Part shown: positions 12,001 through 20,999 of the stretch, in pieces
How positions within the stretch are numbered: position 1 is the first letter of the stretch
Layout: each line of letters begins with the position of its first letter
Origin: a virus
Direction: 5' to 3' (one strand)
Virus record (IMG/VR): IMGVR_UViG_3300025141_012093
Location: 4,421 to 68,420 of that record
Length of the DNA stretch: 64,000 bases
Made by a program: the position numbers and the translations under genes
The notes under the pieces: model-generated
The model's database searches: none
What the model saw: the letters and a program-made list of their open reading frames with translations, nothing else
What the model was told of the DNA's origin: nothing

Positions 12001-15000
12001 AATCAGGTGGTCCTTGACCATTTATAATTTCACTTTGTTCTTCTTCGGGCACCGGTATGGGTTGAGGGATGGGTTCAACTTCGTTTTTAAATTGAATCGT
12101 TGAATTTAATACGTCCAGTAAACAATCGTACTCAACAGAAGTAAAGACATCGATCAAAAATTGTTTTGCATCTTTTGCATCCTGGCTTAGTTCATCGAAG
12201 CCAATGGCTTCTTCGCCAGTAATTTCTTCAATTAAAGGCTCAAGAATCATATTGTAAATCTGTTCTTCTATATCGAATGCTTCGCCGGTTAAACAAATAG
12301 CAATTTCGTCGATCATTGGTTGCAAACTACCTAGCTGATCGAGGACAAAATCATAGGCATCGCTCACTGTTTTAACCGTCTTTAAGGCTTTACCTATGTT
12401 TCTTGGTGACAAGATGTTATCTTTGTTGTCTTGTTTTTTATCTTTTTCTTTACTTGCTATTATTGTGTGAGTTTCTTCATCTGCTTCGAGAACTTCCTGT
12501 CCTTGAACATCTTGAGTTATTTTCACAGATGTTGCATTCATTTTTTTTATTCTTGTTTCTAAATCATTTTCTTTTTTCTCTTCGGGAGTTATGACAGAGG
12601 GAATAATGACAGCAGCAGGATAAACGTTCTTCTTAACCCACTCTTCGGGTGGGGCTTTTTTTCTTTTTCTGGAAAGGTAAGTCTTGTTTATTGCAGGCAT
12701 TCGATGAACAAATGCACTGGTTCTTTGTAGAGAGAAAGGTTCTGCTTGTGTAGCGCACTCAAAGCCAATCCTCAAATGCTGGCCATTAAACAAAACATAA
12801 AGTATTTCAAACTTTTCATTCCATCCAATTTCTATAATACTCTTTTTTGTTGGCGAGCTTGGTGAACCTTCATCGTTGCGATTAGCAGGTATTTTTGACT
12901 TGTAGGCGTAATTGTTAAGATCCAAGAACTCTTGAAGTTGTCCAAAAAATTCGTCAAGAATTTCAGCTTCACGATTTAGATCAAGAGGAGCAGAAAAGCC
13001 TGGGAATATATAAGATCTCTTTTCCTTAGCATTCTTGATTTTCTTGCCATAATATTTGAAGACTTGTTTAAGAGAACGAAGTTCCTTTTGCAGCTTTTTA
13101 ACGTAAAAGGTAGAAGAGAAAAATACCTTTTGACCCTCAAAGCGAGGGTTGTCTACGGCCAGGGCTTTCATCCTATTTATTTCTATTCTATTAACAACTT
13201 TTTGTATCTCTTCGTTTAAATCTTTTCCGTGGAACGTTTTGTATATCGAGGCACCAATTCCTTCAGTGCCCAATTTCTTTTCAAGCTTATTAAGGTCTTC
13301 TAAGGATTCAGCAACCTCTCTTTCCAAGTTTATTTCGTCAATATGCTCATCTAAACGAGAGTCTCGATCTAGCTGGAATGGGACTTGTTTCTGTGGTATA
13401 GCATCAAAGAAGCGCATTGGAACGCTAATAAAGAATTTTATGGGGCCTCTTGGAATATCGTCGTCTACATATACTCCACTTACTTTTACAAAATAAGGAA
13501 GCTTAGATAAGTGCATCACCGTGAGCAAGTCGTATTCTTTGTCGTAGAACTTTAACAAAGTCAAGAGACCAAGCGATCTTCCGGCGTCATAAGTTGTTTG
13601 TTGTTCTTCTGGTGTGTCTCCAAGGGCTGGCCATGTGGCATTAGCATCGTCGTATTCGAAGCCGGCCAGATGCGTTGCTCCTTCGGCTTCTATGGTTTCA
13701 GGGTCTTTTTTCTGATGTACATCGTCTTCAGGAGTTGGATTTTCAACATCTGCTAGGCGTTCAGCCCAGACACTATAAACTGTCTTTTCTTCTCCTGGTC
13801 GATTTATCCTAACGACAATGTTATATGCGCTCCTCCAGTAATTTCTATTGGTTTCGGATGCGTATTCGGTAATCCAAGGGGCACAAGTCGCAACCTTAGT
13901 CCAACGTTTTTCGACACCTGTCACTTGGCCGGTTTGGCGTGCTTGAGTGTCCTCTGGTGTTGGTACAACGTAGGGCAAGTTATAGTATGGGATATCAACA
14001 TCGTCGGCATTTTTAAAAACCGAATCTCTTAAAATCAATGTATAAGGAGCATATATATATACTGCTTGATCAAGAGATTTTATTTTTCCTTGTGTTTGTA
14101 AATTTAGAGCATTAATGGGCGACGTGTTACTTAATCGAATCTTATGCCATTCACAGGTTTTTCCCACATTTGGCTCAACAATTTCAATAGGCGTGTTGTT
14201 GTCTAAAAAGCCTATTTGGCGTCCGTAACCTGGCTTAGTGTATATAAGGGCTTTTCCTTGCGGATTTACGTCTCGGAGGCCAGCAAAATTTTGCGGGGTT
14301 CTTACAACATGAGTCGTATATTTGGGGTATTCGTCAGGGTTAAGGCTTAAAGATGGCCTCATTTTCTGAGTAGGTGGGATTCTTTTTCCGCTTTTGTCAA
14401 GCAATACAGGCGGCTCTGGGTCGTCATCAGCGAGGGTTCCGTCCTGTTTCATCATCCAGTCTTGTGATTGTTCTGGACTTAGAATCTCCAAGATTAACTC
14501 ATTATGATATGAGGATTGACTTTGTGCCCAACCAACTTGTCCTTTCATATCACCTTCGAGGATCTTTACTTTATACCACCACGCTTTATAGTTATTGGGG
14601 TCGAGGGCCGCAACAGACGCCGTTAAGCTGTCTTCGGCTTCTTTAGCGCCAAATCGCTCATCTAGCTGAACGCAGTGTACCGATGATGCAATGTATATTG
14701 TATTTTCATCTTCTTTATTAGGAGGGTTTTTCCAAGGTTGTGGGTAAAGGGGGTGTCCTTTCCAGTTTTCAGGCTCTTTTACAAGCTTTGTAAATTTTAA
14801 ATTTGGATAAGGAATTAATGCAGAAGTCACGTCTTTGCAGGGAGCAGTTGCAGAGGGGTCTATACAAGTTAAAACAGCGTCCTCTATCAATTTAGCTCGC
14901 AGGGTATCGGCCTGTATTTCTATTTTAACTGTTATTTGGGTCGATACTTGGGCATCTTCCATCGAGATGTTAGTGCTTAAGATGTCTGTCGGCCCAAATA

Positions 15001-15241
15001 TGTCAGTGATTTGAAGTAAATTTTGTATGGCTAAATCGTTAACAAAGCCGGTTTTTGGATCAAAAGTATTATTTGCAGTGAATGCAATGCGATCAAATAT
15101 TTCACCGGGCTGCACAAACTTCGAAGTATGCTCCAGACCTTGGTCGTATAGAACTGACTCTAGGACGCTGCGTTTGGCGTTTTTCAATGCATCATCTTCG
15201 GTGATGCCATATCCTGTGACTTCTATGTAAAAATTATCCAT
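6008..15241 (-). CDS. Giant (3077 aa) putative baseplate/tail-associated protein with SH3-like repeats
   Basis: Uninterrupted ORF between spike-like and gp25 genes; several W-x-K-V...G.. GW/FV SH3-like segments; Pro/Gly-rich hydrophobic C-terminus. Confidence 0.55.
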   Translation of the reverse strand: MDNFYIEVTGYGITEDDALKNAKRSVLESVLYDQGLEHTSKFVQPGEIFDRIAFTANNTFDPKTGFVNDLAIQNLLQITDIFGPTDILSTNISMEDAQVSTQITVKIEIQADTLRAKLIEDAVLTCIDPSATAPCKDVTSALIPYPNLKFTKLVKEPENWKGHPLYPQPWKNPPNKEDENTIYIASSVHCVQLDERFGAKEAEDSLTASVAALDPNNYKAWWYKVKILEGDMKGQVGWAQSQSSYHNELILEILSPEQSQDWMMKQDGTLADDDPEPPVLLDKSGKRIPPTQKMRPSLSLNPDEYPKYTTHVVRTPQNFAGLRDVNPQGKALIYTKPGYGRQIGFLDNNTPIEIVEPNVGKTCEWHKIRLSNTSPINALNLQTQGKIKSLDQAVYIYAPYTLILRDSVFKNADDVDIPYYNLPYVVPTPEDTQARQTGQVTGVEKRWTKVATCAPWITEYASETNRNYWRSAYNIVVRINRPGEEKTVYSVWAERLADVENPTPEDDVHQKKDPETIEAEGATHLAGFEYDDANATWPALGDTPEEQQTTYDAGRSLGLLTLLKFYDKEYDLLTVMHLSKLPYFVKVSGVYVDDDIPRGPIKFFISVPMRFFDAIPQKQVPFQLDRDSRLDEHIDEINLEREVAESLEDLNKLEKKLGTEGIGASIYKTFHGKDLNEEIQKVVNRIEINRMKALAVDNPRFEGQKVFFSSTFYVKKLQKELRSLKQVFKYYGKKIKNAKEKRSYIFPGFSAPLDLNREAEILDEFFGQLQEFLDLNNYAYKSKIPANRNDEGSPSSPTKKSIIEIGWNEKFEILYVLFNGQHLRIGFECATQAEPFSLQRTSAFVHRMPAINKTYLSRKRKKAPPEEWVKKNVYPAAVIIPSVITPEEKKENDLETRIKKMNATSVKITQDVQGQEVLEADEETHTIIASKEKDKKQDNKDNILSPRNIGKALKTVKTVSDAYDFVLDQLGSLQPMIDEIAICLTGEAFDIEEQIYNMILEPLIEEITGEEAIGFDELSQDAKDAKQFLIDVFTSVEYDCLLDVLNSTIQFKNEVEPIPQPIPVPEEEQSEIINGQGPPDYTNVSGDEIVADFIVDGTLGGSPPYLPLSESPTAGEPVYEIILPKVPNEGTLAYITVIMYKNASVNSEQLAQSVQGNKVKVLSISPDGYFSEVQIISDGKYKDLKGFVDARTIVATQPNLIGCLRDGSQVNKLKNPSDDTKYFEDGTWTKVEVKVAYASNPSNPTELWPDETLGKNLNGKQGWVPTAFLKPLSEEAKKSVNASKILLQKGAADKKSGLFNEVFIWQMYLIHSVEEGGVRDFLKDIPKGSTNSAGKKLPAKYNKKFSWAFFGAAEKSGKLFGDRTEKLTEMYFANKDSEKNEGQPNPTNKKDFVTNEDFAPAAEFFKNFNTKKFEKELSEIQEELSLPTPMTVLGAVTYPPPGFYTGKRSKCDWKYVAVVRAATEYEIAKKKKNKGKIARLKKKLSKRQLAYQTCMGKNKSKVYGEKRTFLSGGDPTTEQILRTDAYLLNSSNVSEECDKLYKDLVTSLGGDPNTPPGIQTGLTWPGEANATKDQKDAFEKWRGCISKTVKEKEKALKKAAEKDALAEQEGKPSTITSTSELYAKENTEANPPADEGKEFAYYPVPQNFDQLVTQLTQWDDWPDNIEFIHDEPKDTAAAFLQAFKRMPCSVVFDKLLDIMLDQTEERFPLRAKVIRTTIDAALALAETALTTPNFKGFTTPEMPRLKTDSTGSEFSKQMKNSFEKIAKETILNAVKECLRLIKENCVEPADDGTRISPLDLFDADTINKLNNLGKKYGSLLDPNLSGNISGDFDFVLFLKTIMSGLSVGQKCSILIGDLYRDDVLEYIQARIATFYPAYFKFFSKKENMTMLFNAMTDIVDPEICEDNRAQTKSANNFPANTSILYGECVTDINRSNRIQRLVSAGLTADQAEKQIAKEIGDNFRLLSQLQNLQDNLENAINNNTEPPCKQLNEAMKNNKGVERMLDQTLDAVFTPIEMMFNAESRQFIPQLMDPKAYQVPIDEEGLVSADGKIDPAAMAKLAKAGQNAGNTSSQSTKQAGAFTEAMRTIPAYKIQTKNSTHLKPEYFKDPEDPDKDWQFNARSKAEYYTKPVTDPMPLAFSQAQMDAAEKPKAVQDELKKYYGRPVKEVQVPAKKDFTNDLAEKATPPVAPALRESLQSLETIERNNDLYTFNIPDIKDAKMSYQTLRTKSNSDSFYLNFRTFSKDQRGILRLSAPITFTNNGKVPTKAAKYMQALQYLKSIDQAPGANSPQKSFFTHYIGARFKSDFGGILNETDSGAQPQLDLINTACPKLFDVMTERALEKSLHVVSQSKYFDVKALKSVNFTPTTSDLMKDCEASMMMGFIDASLINLADIRQNAKDLVYDLNDVCNLGAHSSGLPGALGPVQEAACDASLYMFMRVSIAENILNGFFAFTQYSPQSIMKNKLMESFLFKKLKDDLLSLNLYASFKDRAANIVDRRRQTGEAIDATSKMECLRFLFRESIKPVNDKFSLLLKNKADSAEMKFLRSLRVLGSASRFLNVLQINTNPRFYKDGNFILNPAGDYFVEQFIKVVDHYDEEGSALLDKLVVEKGILPYLTGPDASDDTFYNEDGTRKEHLRGFVSVADWTAFISRLHNLAGDFLGQGVHEMEVFYKLKELLDSNLYELFSEISIGIRVNYAIGPEDDSAAATEYRKIIDQTMEKIATTKNGRPSGGVISYRNYEQVDNGGRFIYTVPLAASEISFQKTTGQATNLLQTVIGNENIFAIYRKDLYKQLIKKDEFSALMKYVFPINRFASLSTLYSMMATKATLPSKDVFTTTKYLIKRSYDLHSAGNDKAYEDPWLKLSGGNAANQGFDEFNPFREMILKLIRETPMLILKALTEKIDPNIQQTKMIYDGINIALRLTNELRLEVMEAGYEDETEGMSAMDKPTFEQWAAENDSEIPDTNISISPAIAPVLSIMMLPSMMPYGVGFPPPFMFGPGTGPPMTPLAIPYLASGLISDDLIQYRPSAASSSGASQKKRKAGCPSPFPNPTVLLPPPEKDYDEGPDSETINND

Positions 15242-15252
15242 AAGTTTATAAT

Positions 15253-16230
15253 TTAATTAGTTTTATTATGCCTACTGCCAACATAATGTGGTCCATTTTT
15301 TTGCAAATAGTTATCTTGTACAACGGCTATGTTATTAGATAGCGCTACAAGACTATTTATTGTTTTTTCCCAATGATAAGCAGCGGTTTTTGGACCTTTG
15401 ATGGTCAACACCTGAGAAGGCAATGTAGGCTTTCCAAAGAAAGGAGAATGATGTGTGTGACTTGCAACATTACTATTAAACTCACTTTGTTTCTCCACGA
15501 AACCGTGGAAGGCATTTTTTAAAGCCAAGACTTCAATTATGAGCGCGTCAATTGCCGACGCAGTGTTCTCTCCGCGAGCAATTGATTGAACTTGGTCACC
15601 TTCTTCTCCAGCAGAGCCTGCAATCAAATAGATGCCGCCCACAGATTGTATGGAGCCATTTTGAGAATTCAAAGGGTCCATAGCTGTACATAACTTAATC
15701 GTTTCTCGGGCGAGCAGACGTATGTCATCGGCTTTAAGGGCCACAGCAGATCTCGCTACAGAATCAGGAACCTTTGGGATTCCATCTATATTAAAATTAT
15801 CATCTACATTGGTTTTCTGAGAAATATAGACTCTTGCTGCATCGTTAACAAAATCTGGATCTATAAACACTGCTTCTCCATTGTCAGTTTCTGTTCTTGG
15901 AGTTAGACAAGACATACGACCTGTTACAATATCGATAGAGCCTGCGCCGGTATGTCCTTTACCTCCATAACCAGAAAAAACACTTTTAGGCCGGTCGCGG
16001 CCAAAAACAAGGAAGGTGTTGTTATCGCCTTTAACAACTTTTTCACACTTTGCTTTAATGTATTTCGGAATAGGTTCAAATAATTTGCCGCAGCCAGCGC
16101 CTTTGGTGAATTTGGCAGAACTTTTAGCAATAGCTTCTTTTTCTTTCTGAGGAAGATTGCTGATGTCCACAACCTTTTTGGGCTTTAGCTTCTTTAAATC
16201 TTTTAGTTTTTGTGATAATTTTTGTGTCAT
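15253..16230 (-). CDS. Baseplate spike-like protein (gp5/gpV C-terminal-like)
   Basis: Beta-rich repeats (LKADDIRLLARETIKL) and SHTHH motif like metal-binding spike tips; baseplate context. Confidence 0.55.
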   Translation of the reverse strand: MTQKLSQKLKDLKKLKPKKVVDISNLPQKEKEAIAKSSAKFTKGAGCGKLFEPIPKYIKAKCEKVVKGDNNTFLVFGRDRPKSVFSGYGGKGHTGAGSIDIVTGRMSCLTPRTETDNGEAVFIDPDFVNDAARVYISQKTNVDDNFNIDGIPKVPDSVARSAVALKADDIRLLARETIKLCTAMDPLNSQNGSIQSVGGIYLIAGSAGEEGDQVQSIARGENTASAIDALIIEVLALKNAFHGFVEKQSEFNSNVASHTHHSPFFGKPTLPSQVLTIKGPKTAAYHWEKTINSLVALSNNIAVVQDNYLQKNGPHYVGSRHNKTN

Positions 16231-16245
16231 ATTGTCATCTTTGTT

Positions 16246-19179
16246 TTAAGCAGGAGTGAACCAGTCCTTGCCGCCAGATGTATTAGACCCAGGAGCAGGT
16301 GGGCCAACAGAGGCTACTGTTGGTGGGCCGCCTGTACCAACAGGCATGGGAGTAGACCGGCCTGCACGCAGCGCTTGTGCCAGTTTGCTAAGAGGGGGGT
16401 TATACATGTTTCCAACAGAAGCCATTGGACCTGTTCCATTACCATAGTAATAAGCCACCCACGTTGGTTTAACTTCACCTTTAGATAGTGAAAGCACACC
16501 TTGATGTCCTGCCTCATCATTTGCCCAGCCCCAAACATTATGTTTTGCAATAGGCTGGCCGCTGTCGTTTTTGGTTTGAATTCGACCAGTTCCAATCATT
16601 GGACAAAAAGGAGTCCCTTGGGCTGCTGATCTTTTTCCTCTTGTGACCCATTTTTTAACCACAGTCTTTGGAGTTGTTGCATAAATCATTGGGGCGAACG
16701 CATCCATCGCTGCAATCAAGAAAGGCATCAAGCCAGGTACATGAGGTCTGCCAGGGACTTTTTCCCAACTCCAGCAGTTGCCAATTACAGGGATACCGGG
16801 GGCATTCTTTTTAAAGACATGCATAAATTGCATTCCGGCTCCTGATGGATCCATAACTGGTGGCACACTGCTGGAGCCAAACCAGTTTTTCTCTGCATTC
16901 CACCAGTACGCTTTTAGACCCATCTTTTTACATATGGCCGCAGCCGCTTTGGCTTCTTTGGTGGCTTCTACAATATCTCTGCAATAATGAAAACCCCAGC
17001 CGTGTACAGGTATCCCCAGGCCTTGAACGTATTTAACAAACTCATGGTTGCCGCCGCCTTTGAAGTAGCGGGATCCGTCAAGGACCTTGATAGAAACCGC
17101 GTCCATAGAAGATAGCGCCGACTGCCAACCAGGATCTGAACCCTTATAAACGGACGCCTTGTGGATAGTTAAAATGCTTTTAACATTTCCAGGGCGTTGA
17201 TTTACGGCCTTGCTTAAAGGAGTCCTTGGAAGAACTTTTGGACCTGCATATGTAGAGCCAGGAGGAACTGGCGCTCCTGCCATTGCAGCGCCGAAGCCAA
17301 CTGCGGAGCCACAACCGGCTGCGAGACCCATTGCAGGCGAAGGCATCGTTGCGGCGGTGGCGGCGGCGGCGGTGCTGGCAGCGGATGATGCCGCTTCTTG
17401 TTTCTTGACAGCAGTGGCTGCAAGATCAAGGCGTTCGCCTAGTTGTTGGATTAATAAGCTGGTTGTTTGTTCGTCGGGAAAATCCGTTGATGCGGCAGGG
17501 ACCGCGTTGGGTGGCGATGAAGTTGTATTTTCGGTTGCTTCGCTACTCATAGCGATAGGGGGTGGTCCAAAACCGGCCAACGTTCCCAACTCAGTTTTGG
17601 TTAGTGGGGTGGTGGAATAATTTCGTGTCAGTAAGCTTTTCCAATGAAGAGATCCGTCAGTTGGAGGTGTATTCGATGTGTTGTAGCCCAATCGGGACGC
17701 TACTTGTAAAATATAGTCGCGACCTTCTTCTCCGCTTTTTATTTCTGGCAATAAGCCTTGTAGTGCAGCGTGTCCTTCGGGTTGTACAGGATTCGATTTT
17801 TCAGGTTCAGGAGGAGGGGGGCCTTTAACATCGATAACTCCTTTAGATATGTATGTATCAATAGCCTTTGTTGCCAATGTTGATTGTGTGGGTTGACTAA
17901 AGCCGCCGTCAAGTTTCGTACTTGAAATGCCCTTTAATGGATCAATTACAATACTGGTGCCTCCTCCAAGGACCATACTCACTTCCAGTCTCTCTCTGAC
18001 TGAAGCGTTGCCCATCCAGTCGTTTGGATTAGCTCCTGAACTGACTATTGCGTCTTTTTCGGGCGCTATAAATTCAACAGCACCAATAAAAAATATTTTT
18101 TGGGCTCCTGTCATAGTCTTAAGGAGTGAAGCTGTCTTATCTAAGTTGTCTATTTTTTCAGAAGTTCGCTGGAAGGTGGCGCTTGCTTGCTGCAACGCAT
18201 TGTCAAATTGAAAGACCACCACATCAGGCTTCCCAAATTGAGTAAACATTTCTTTAAGGGCTGGCCCTTCTGAACCCATAACTTGATCAGGCAATGTTTT
18301 GCCAAGTTGAAGAGTTCTAAAATTTTTACTCGTAGGTTCTTTAAGATCAACAGGGGAATACCCACCTGGGCCTAACAGAGAGTATCCTTGACTAAAGAAA
18401 TATTCTTGAATCATGTCCCCAAATTTACTCGCCATACCTTGGCCGCCGATGAGGGCGACGCTTTTCCTAGAATCGCGGGCACGTAATGACACGGCGTTTT
18501 CACCAGTATGGCCAGTTGCATTCGGTGTTGTACCAAGCGATTGACCTCCTGGGGCTGCTACGTATGTGGCGTTACAGGTGATATTTGTAATATTCTGTGG
18601 GATAGCTCGAATAATCGGACCCAAAAGAGCGCCTGCTTTTTGATTTTCAGGATCTTGAAAAGTTACGTTAACAATGTCTCCTACTTCGTAAGTTTCATTA
18701 CCAGAAATATTATCAATTGTTGTAAAAGTAGGGTAGAGTTTAATAGTTTCAACATCGTTAGGATCAGCCGGGATAGGCCGAAGCTGGTGAAGTTCTGGTA
18801 TTCTGGCCGTGACAGTAACAATCTTTAGTGGATCTTTTACATTCAGTCGTCCCATAGACATTAAATCACCTAAAACGGTGGGGGTGATGGCCTGTATATC
18901 AGTTCCTGTTTCTGTTATTTCAACACTTAGGACAATCGCTCTATAGAAATTGCTACTTGTCTTTCTCTTAGTCTGAGTGGAGTCTCTTACTTGCTTTTTG
19001 AGGAGCGATGTAAATGTGCTACTTATATTCCTTGGATCTGGCACTGGGCCAGATGTTTCAACCTGAGTTGTAGGGTTTAACATACCTGGAGGTATTGCAA
19101 AAATGTTTTCTGGCTGTGCGAGCCTTGCAGCTAGAGGAGACGCAGGTTTTTTTTGTTCTTTAGCACTTTCTTCGGCCAT
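16246..19179 (-). CDS. Putative baseplate hub/gp5-like protein with C-terminal GH25-like TIM-barrel hydrolase
   Basis: N-terminal OB-like region (YRAIVL...ARIPELH...VGDIVNVTF); central degenerate SGNH-like segment; C-terminal IKVLDG...VHGWGF...EA...YWWNAE. Confidence 0.5.
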   Translation of the reverse strand: MAEESAKEQKKPASPLAARLAQPENIFAIPPGMLNPTTQVETSGPVPDPRNISSTFTSLLKKQVRDSTQTKRKTSSNFYRAIVLSVEITETGTDIQAITPTVLGDLMSMGRLNVKDPLKIVTVTARIPELHQLRPIPADPNDVETIKLYPTFTTIDNISGNETYEVGDIVNVTFQDPENQKAGALLGPIIRAIPQNITNITCNATYVAAPGGQSLGTTPNATGHTGENAVSLRARDSRKSVALIGGQGMASKFGDMIQEYFFSQGYSLLGPGGYSPVDLKEPTSKNFRTLQLGKTLPDQVMGSEGPALKEMFTQFGKPDVVVFQFDNALQQASATFQRTSEKIDNLDKTASLLKTMTGAQKIFFIGAVEFIAPEKDAIVSSGANPNDWMGNASVRERLEVSMVLGGGTSIVIDPLKGISSTKLDGGFSQPTQSTLATKAIDTYISKGVIDVKGPPPPEPEKSNPVQPEGHAALQGLLPEIKSGEEGRDYILQVASRLGYNTSNTPPTDGSLHWKSLLTRNYSTTPLTKTELGTLAGFGPPPIAMSSEATENTTSSPPNAVPAASTDFPDEQTTSLLIQQLGERLDLAATAVKKQEAASSAASTAAAATAATMPSPAMGLAAGCGSAVGFGAAMAGAPVPPGSTYAGPKVLPRTPLSKAVNQRPGNVKSILTIHKASVYKGSDPGWQSALSSMDAVSIKVLDGSRYFKGGGNHEFVKYVQGLGIPVHGWGFHYCRDIVEATKEAKAAAAICKKMGLKAYWWNAEKNWFGSSSVPPVMDPSGAGMQFMHVFKKNAPGIPVIGNCWSWEKVPGRPHVPGLMPFLIAAMDAFAPMIYATTPKTVVKKWVTRGKRSAAQGTPFCPMIGTGRIQTKNDSGQPIAKHNVWGWANDEAGHQGVLSLSKGEVKPTWVAYYYGNGTGPMASVGNMYNPPLSKLAQALRAGRSTPMPVGTGGPPTVASVGPPAPGSNTSGGKDWFTPA

Positions 19180-19182
19180 TAC

Positions 19183-19473
19183 TTACCCCTCGTTAATAAT
19201 ATCGTATATCTCTTCTCTATCTTGAACTGATAGGCCAGCGGCGGCTTCCTTCTTCTTAGATAACAATGAAGTAATTTTTACAAGCTGCTCGTTAGAACGC
19301 TGCAACACTTCTAAATATTTAGCGGCAACTTGACCTGAATATTGATGTCGAGCGTCGTCCTGCTTGATGTGATTCATCAGGTCAACGAGCAAATTAGACG
19401 CGACGGCTCGGTCGTTGCGAATATTATCAATCGCTTCTTCTACATAACCTTCTATATCTTTCCTTGATGCCAT
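19183..19473 (-). CDS. Hypothetical helical phage protein
   Basis: ORF; start at MASRKD, overlapping the sigma gene stop region. Confidence 0.65.
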   Translation of the reverse strand: MASRKDIEGYVEEAIDNIRNDRAVASNLLVDLMNHIKQDDARHQYSGQVAAKYLEVLQRSNEQLVKITSLLSKKKEAAAGLSVQDREEIYDIINEG

Positions 19474-20138
19474 TCTTTTTTCCACTCCCTATATCTAAGT
19501 CGCATTTTATTGAGATTGTTTACAACTTGTTTGGTGTTTAATCCAGTAATCTCGCGAATGTATAAGTATATAGCTTTTTTATTAAAAATTTCAATGTCAT
19601 CAGCGCTTTCAAAAAGTATTTTAACTGCTTGCAAAACTTTCTTCTCGTTTTCTTTTAGCTTCAGTTTCTCCCAAGATCTAACTTCTTTCCATAGGAAATA
19701 CCAAAACTCCGCAGTTTCGCGATCGTTTTCATAAGAAGTCTCGATCGTTAGATAAGTGTTGATTCTTTCATAATCTGCTGATGAATTGCTTAAGTCGTCT
19801 AGATGAACTTCGCGCTTCATAGATCTAGAGTTTTTCTTGACCTTGTGAATAAACCAGTTTTTGGTAATAACACTAAAATAAGAAAAAGCTTTTGATTTCT
19901 TCGAAGGATCAAATTTGTCTAAAATAGTAGTAAGCCAACTCTTACATTCTTCTTTTAAAGAATCAATGTTTGGCAAGTTGGTGAATTTGTAAGTATATAC
20001 AATTTTATCCACCATTTCACTAAAAGCCGGTTCAATCCACTGAACGTATAATTGTGTTCTTACTTTATTGTCTGTTGTGTTAGCATATGCAACGATGGCA
20101 TTTTCGTGATCTTTGGTAAAATAAATTTTCTTCTTCAA
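19452..20138 (-). CDS. Phage late sigma factor, T4 gp55-like
   Basis: KFDPSKKSKAFSYFSVITKNWF resembles gp55/sigma region 2 (FDPEK...FAYFT.I..NAF); TTG start. Confidence 0.75.
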   Translation of the reverse strand: MKKKIYFTKDHENAIVAYANTTDNKVRTQLYVQWIEPAFSEMVDKIVYTYKFTNLPNIDSLKEECKSWLTTILDKFDPSKKSKAFSYFSVITKNWFIHKVKKNSRSMKREVHLDDLSNSSADYERINTYLTIETSYENDRETAEFWYFLWKEVRSWEKLKLKENEKKVLQAVKILFESADDIEIFNKKAIYLYIREITGLNTKQVVNNLNKMRLRYREWKKEWHQGKI

Positions 20139-20139
20139 A

Positions 20140-20511
20140 CTAAATTTCCTCTTGTTCTTCGTCTTCTTCCGCTAAGAGTGGCCGAGAATCAAGAGAATAT
20201 TTTTGTCTACAAGTTTCTAAATCCGTAACAACCATCTTGGTATGTTCGATCATGCTTTGAAGAGTTGGGTCGCCATAAAACATTTCCATTTGATGAACAG
20301 AAATTAAATGTTCTTCTAGCTCAAAAGTTTTTCGCATCAAGTCTTCAAGATCGTCATCTAATTCACGGTATTCTCGGAAGGCTGCTACGATATACCAGAC
20401 CAAGGTGACGTTGGCCGTTAACGACAGAAAAAAGAAAAACGGGAGGGCACCTGTAACGGTTATTATCAAAATTGAATTTAATACGGCAGAAGCGCCGAGT
20501 GCCCATCTCAT
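20140..20511 (-). CDS. Hypothetical membrane protein (two N-terminal hydrophobic helices plus coiled coil)
   Basis: Hydrophobic first ~45 aa. Confidence 0.6.
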   Translation of the reverse strand: MRWALGASAVLNSILIITVTGALPFFFFLSLTANVTLVWYIVAAFREYRELDDDLEDLMRKTFELEEHLISVHQMEMFYGDPTLQSMIEHTKMVVTDLETCRQKYSLDSRPLLAEEDEEQEEI

Positions 20512-20771
20512 TTTTTCTCATACTCCTGTTCTTTCAAGCGTTCTTTTTCTTCTTTAAGGTCTTCGCGAAATTGCTCGATGTTTGATTTTACAACACTTCC
20601 AACCTTTTGTTTATCTTTAGTTTTTTGATCTTTTTTAACCGTAAAATTAGGAGGGAGGCGCACGAGTCCTTGTGAACCACAAGAGGTGCATTTTGTCTTA
20701 ACCTCTTTCACCGAATGCCAAACGGAAATAATACATTCGCATTTATAGCATTCGTAATTATAACGGGGCAT
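20508..20771 (-). CDS. FmdB-family zinc-ribbon protein
   Basis: MPRYNYECYKC...CTSCGS. Confidence 0.85.
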   Translation of the reverse strand: MPRYNYECYKCECIISVWHSVKEVKTKCTSCGSQGLVRLPPNFTVKKDQKTKDKQKVGSVVKSNIEQFREDLKEEKERLKEQEYEKK

Positions 20772-20774
20772 TGT

Positions 20775-20999
20775 TTATTTTTCCTCTAGGGATTCATATT
20801 CTTCAGGATTTTGAGCCAGATCGATCATAGCTAGATCGTCATGATTGAACTTAACAGTAGGCGGGTTCTTAATCATAAGACCGTCTTTTGTATTTTGAAA
20901 TTCAAAGTTTTTTAAAGTTGTTGTAATATCACTCTGTTCCATTAAAGATTTTTGAAGTGCCATCATTAGTGCGCCGAGTGCTTGATTAGAAAGTTTCAT
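20775..20999 (-). CDS. Hypothetical protein
   Basis: 74-aa ORF with SD AGGAG, overlapping the gmd end. Confidence 0.65.
   Translation of the reverse strand: MKLSNQALGALMMALQKSLMEQSDITTTLKNFEFQNTKDGLMIKNPPTVKFNHDDLAMIDLAQNPEEYESLEEK

Noticed and set aside
17330-17410. GC-rich GCG/GCC repeat-like patch
   Set aside because: Explained by a poly-Ala linker in the 977-aa protein.
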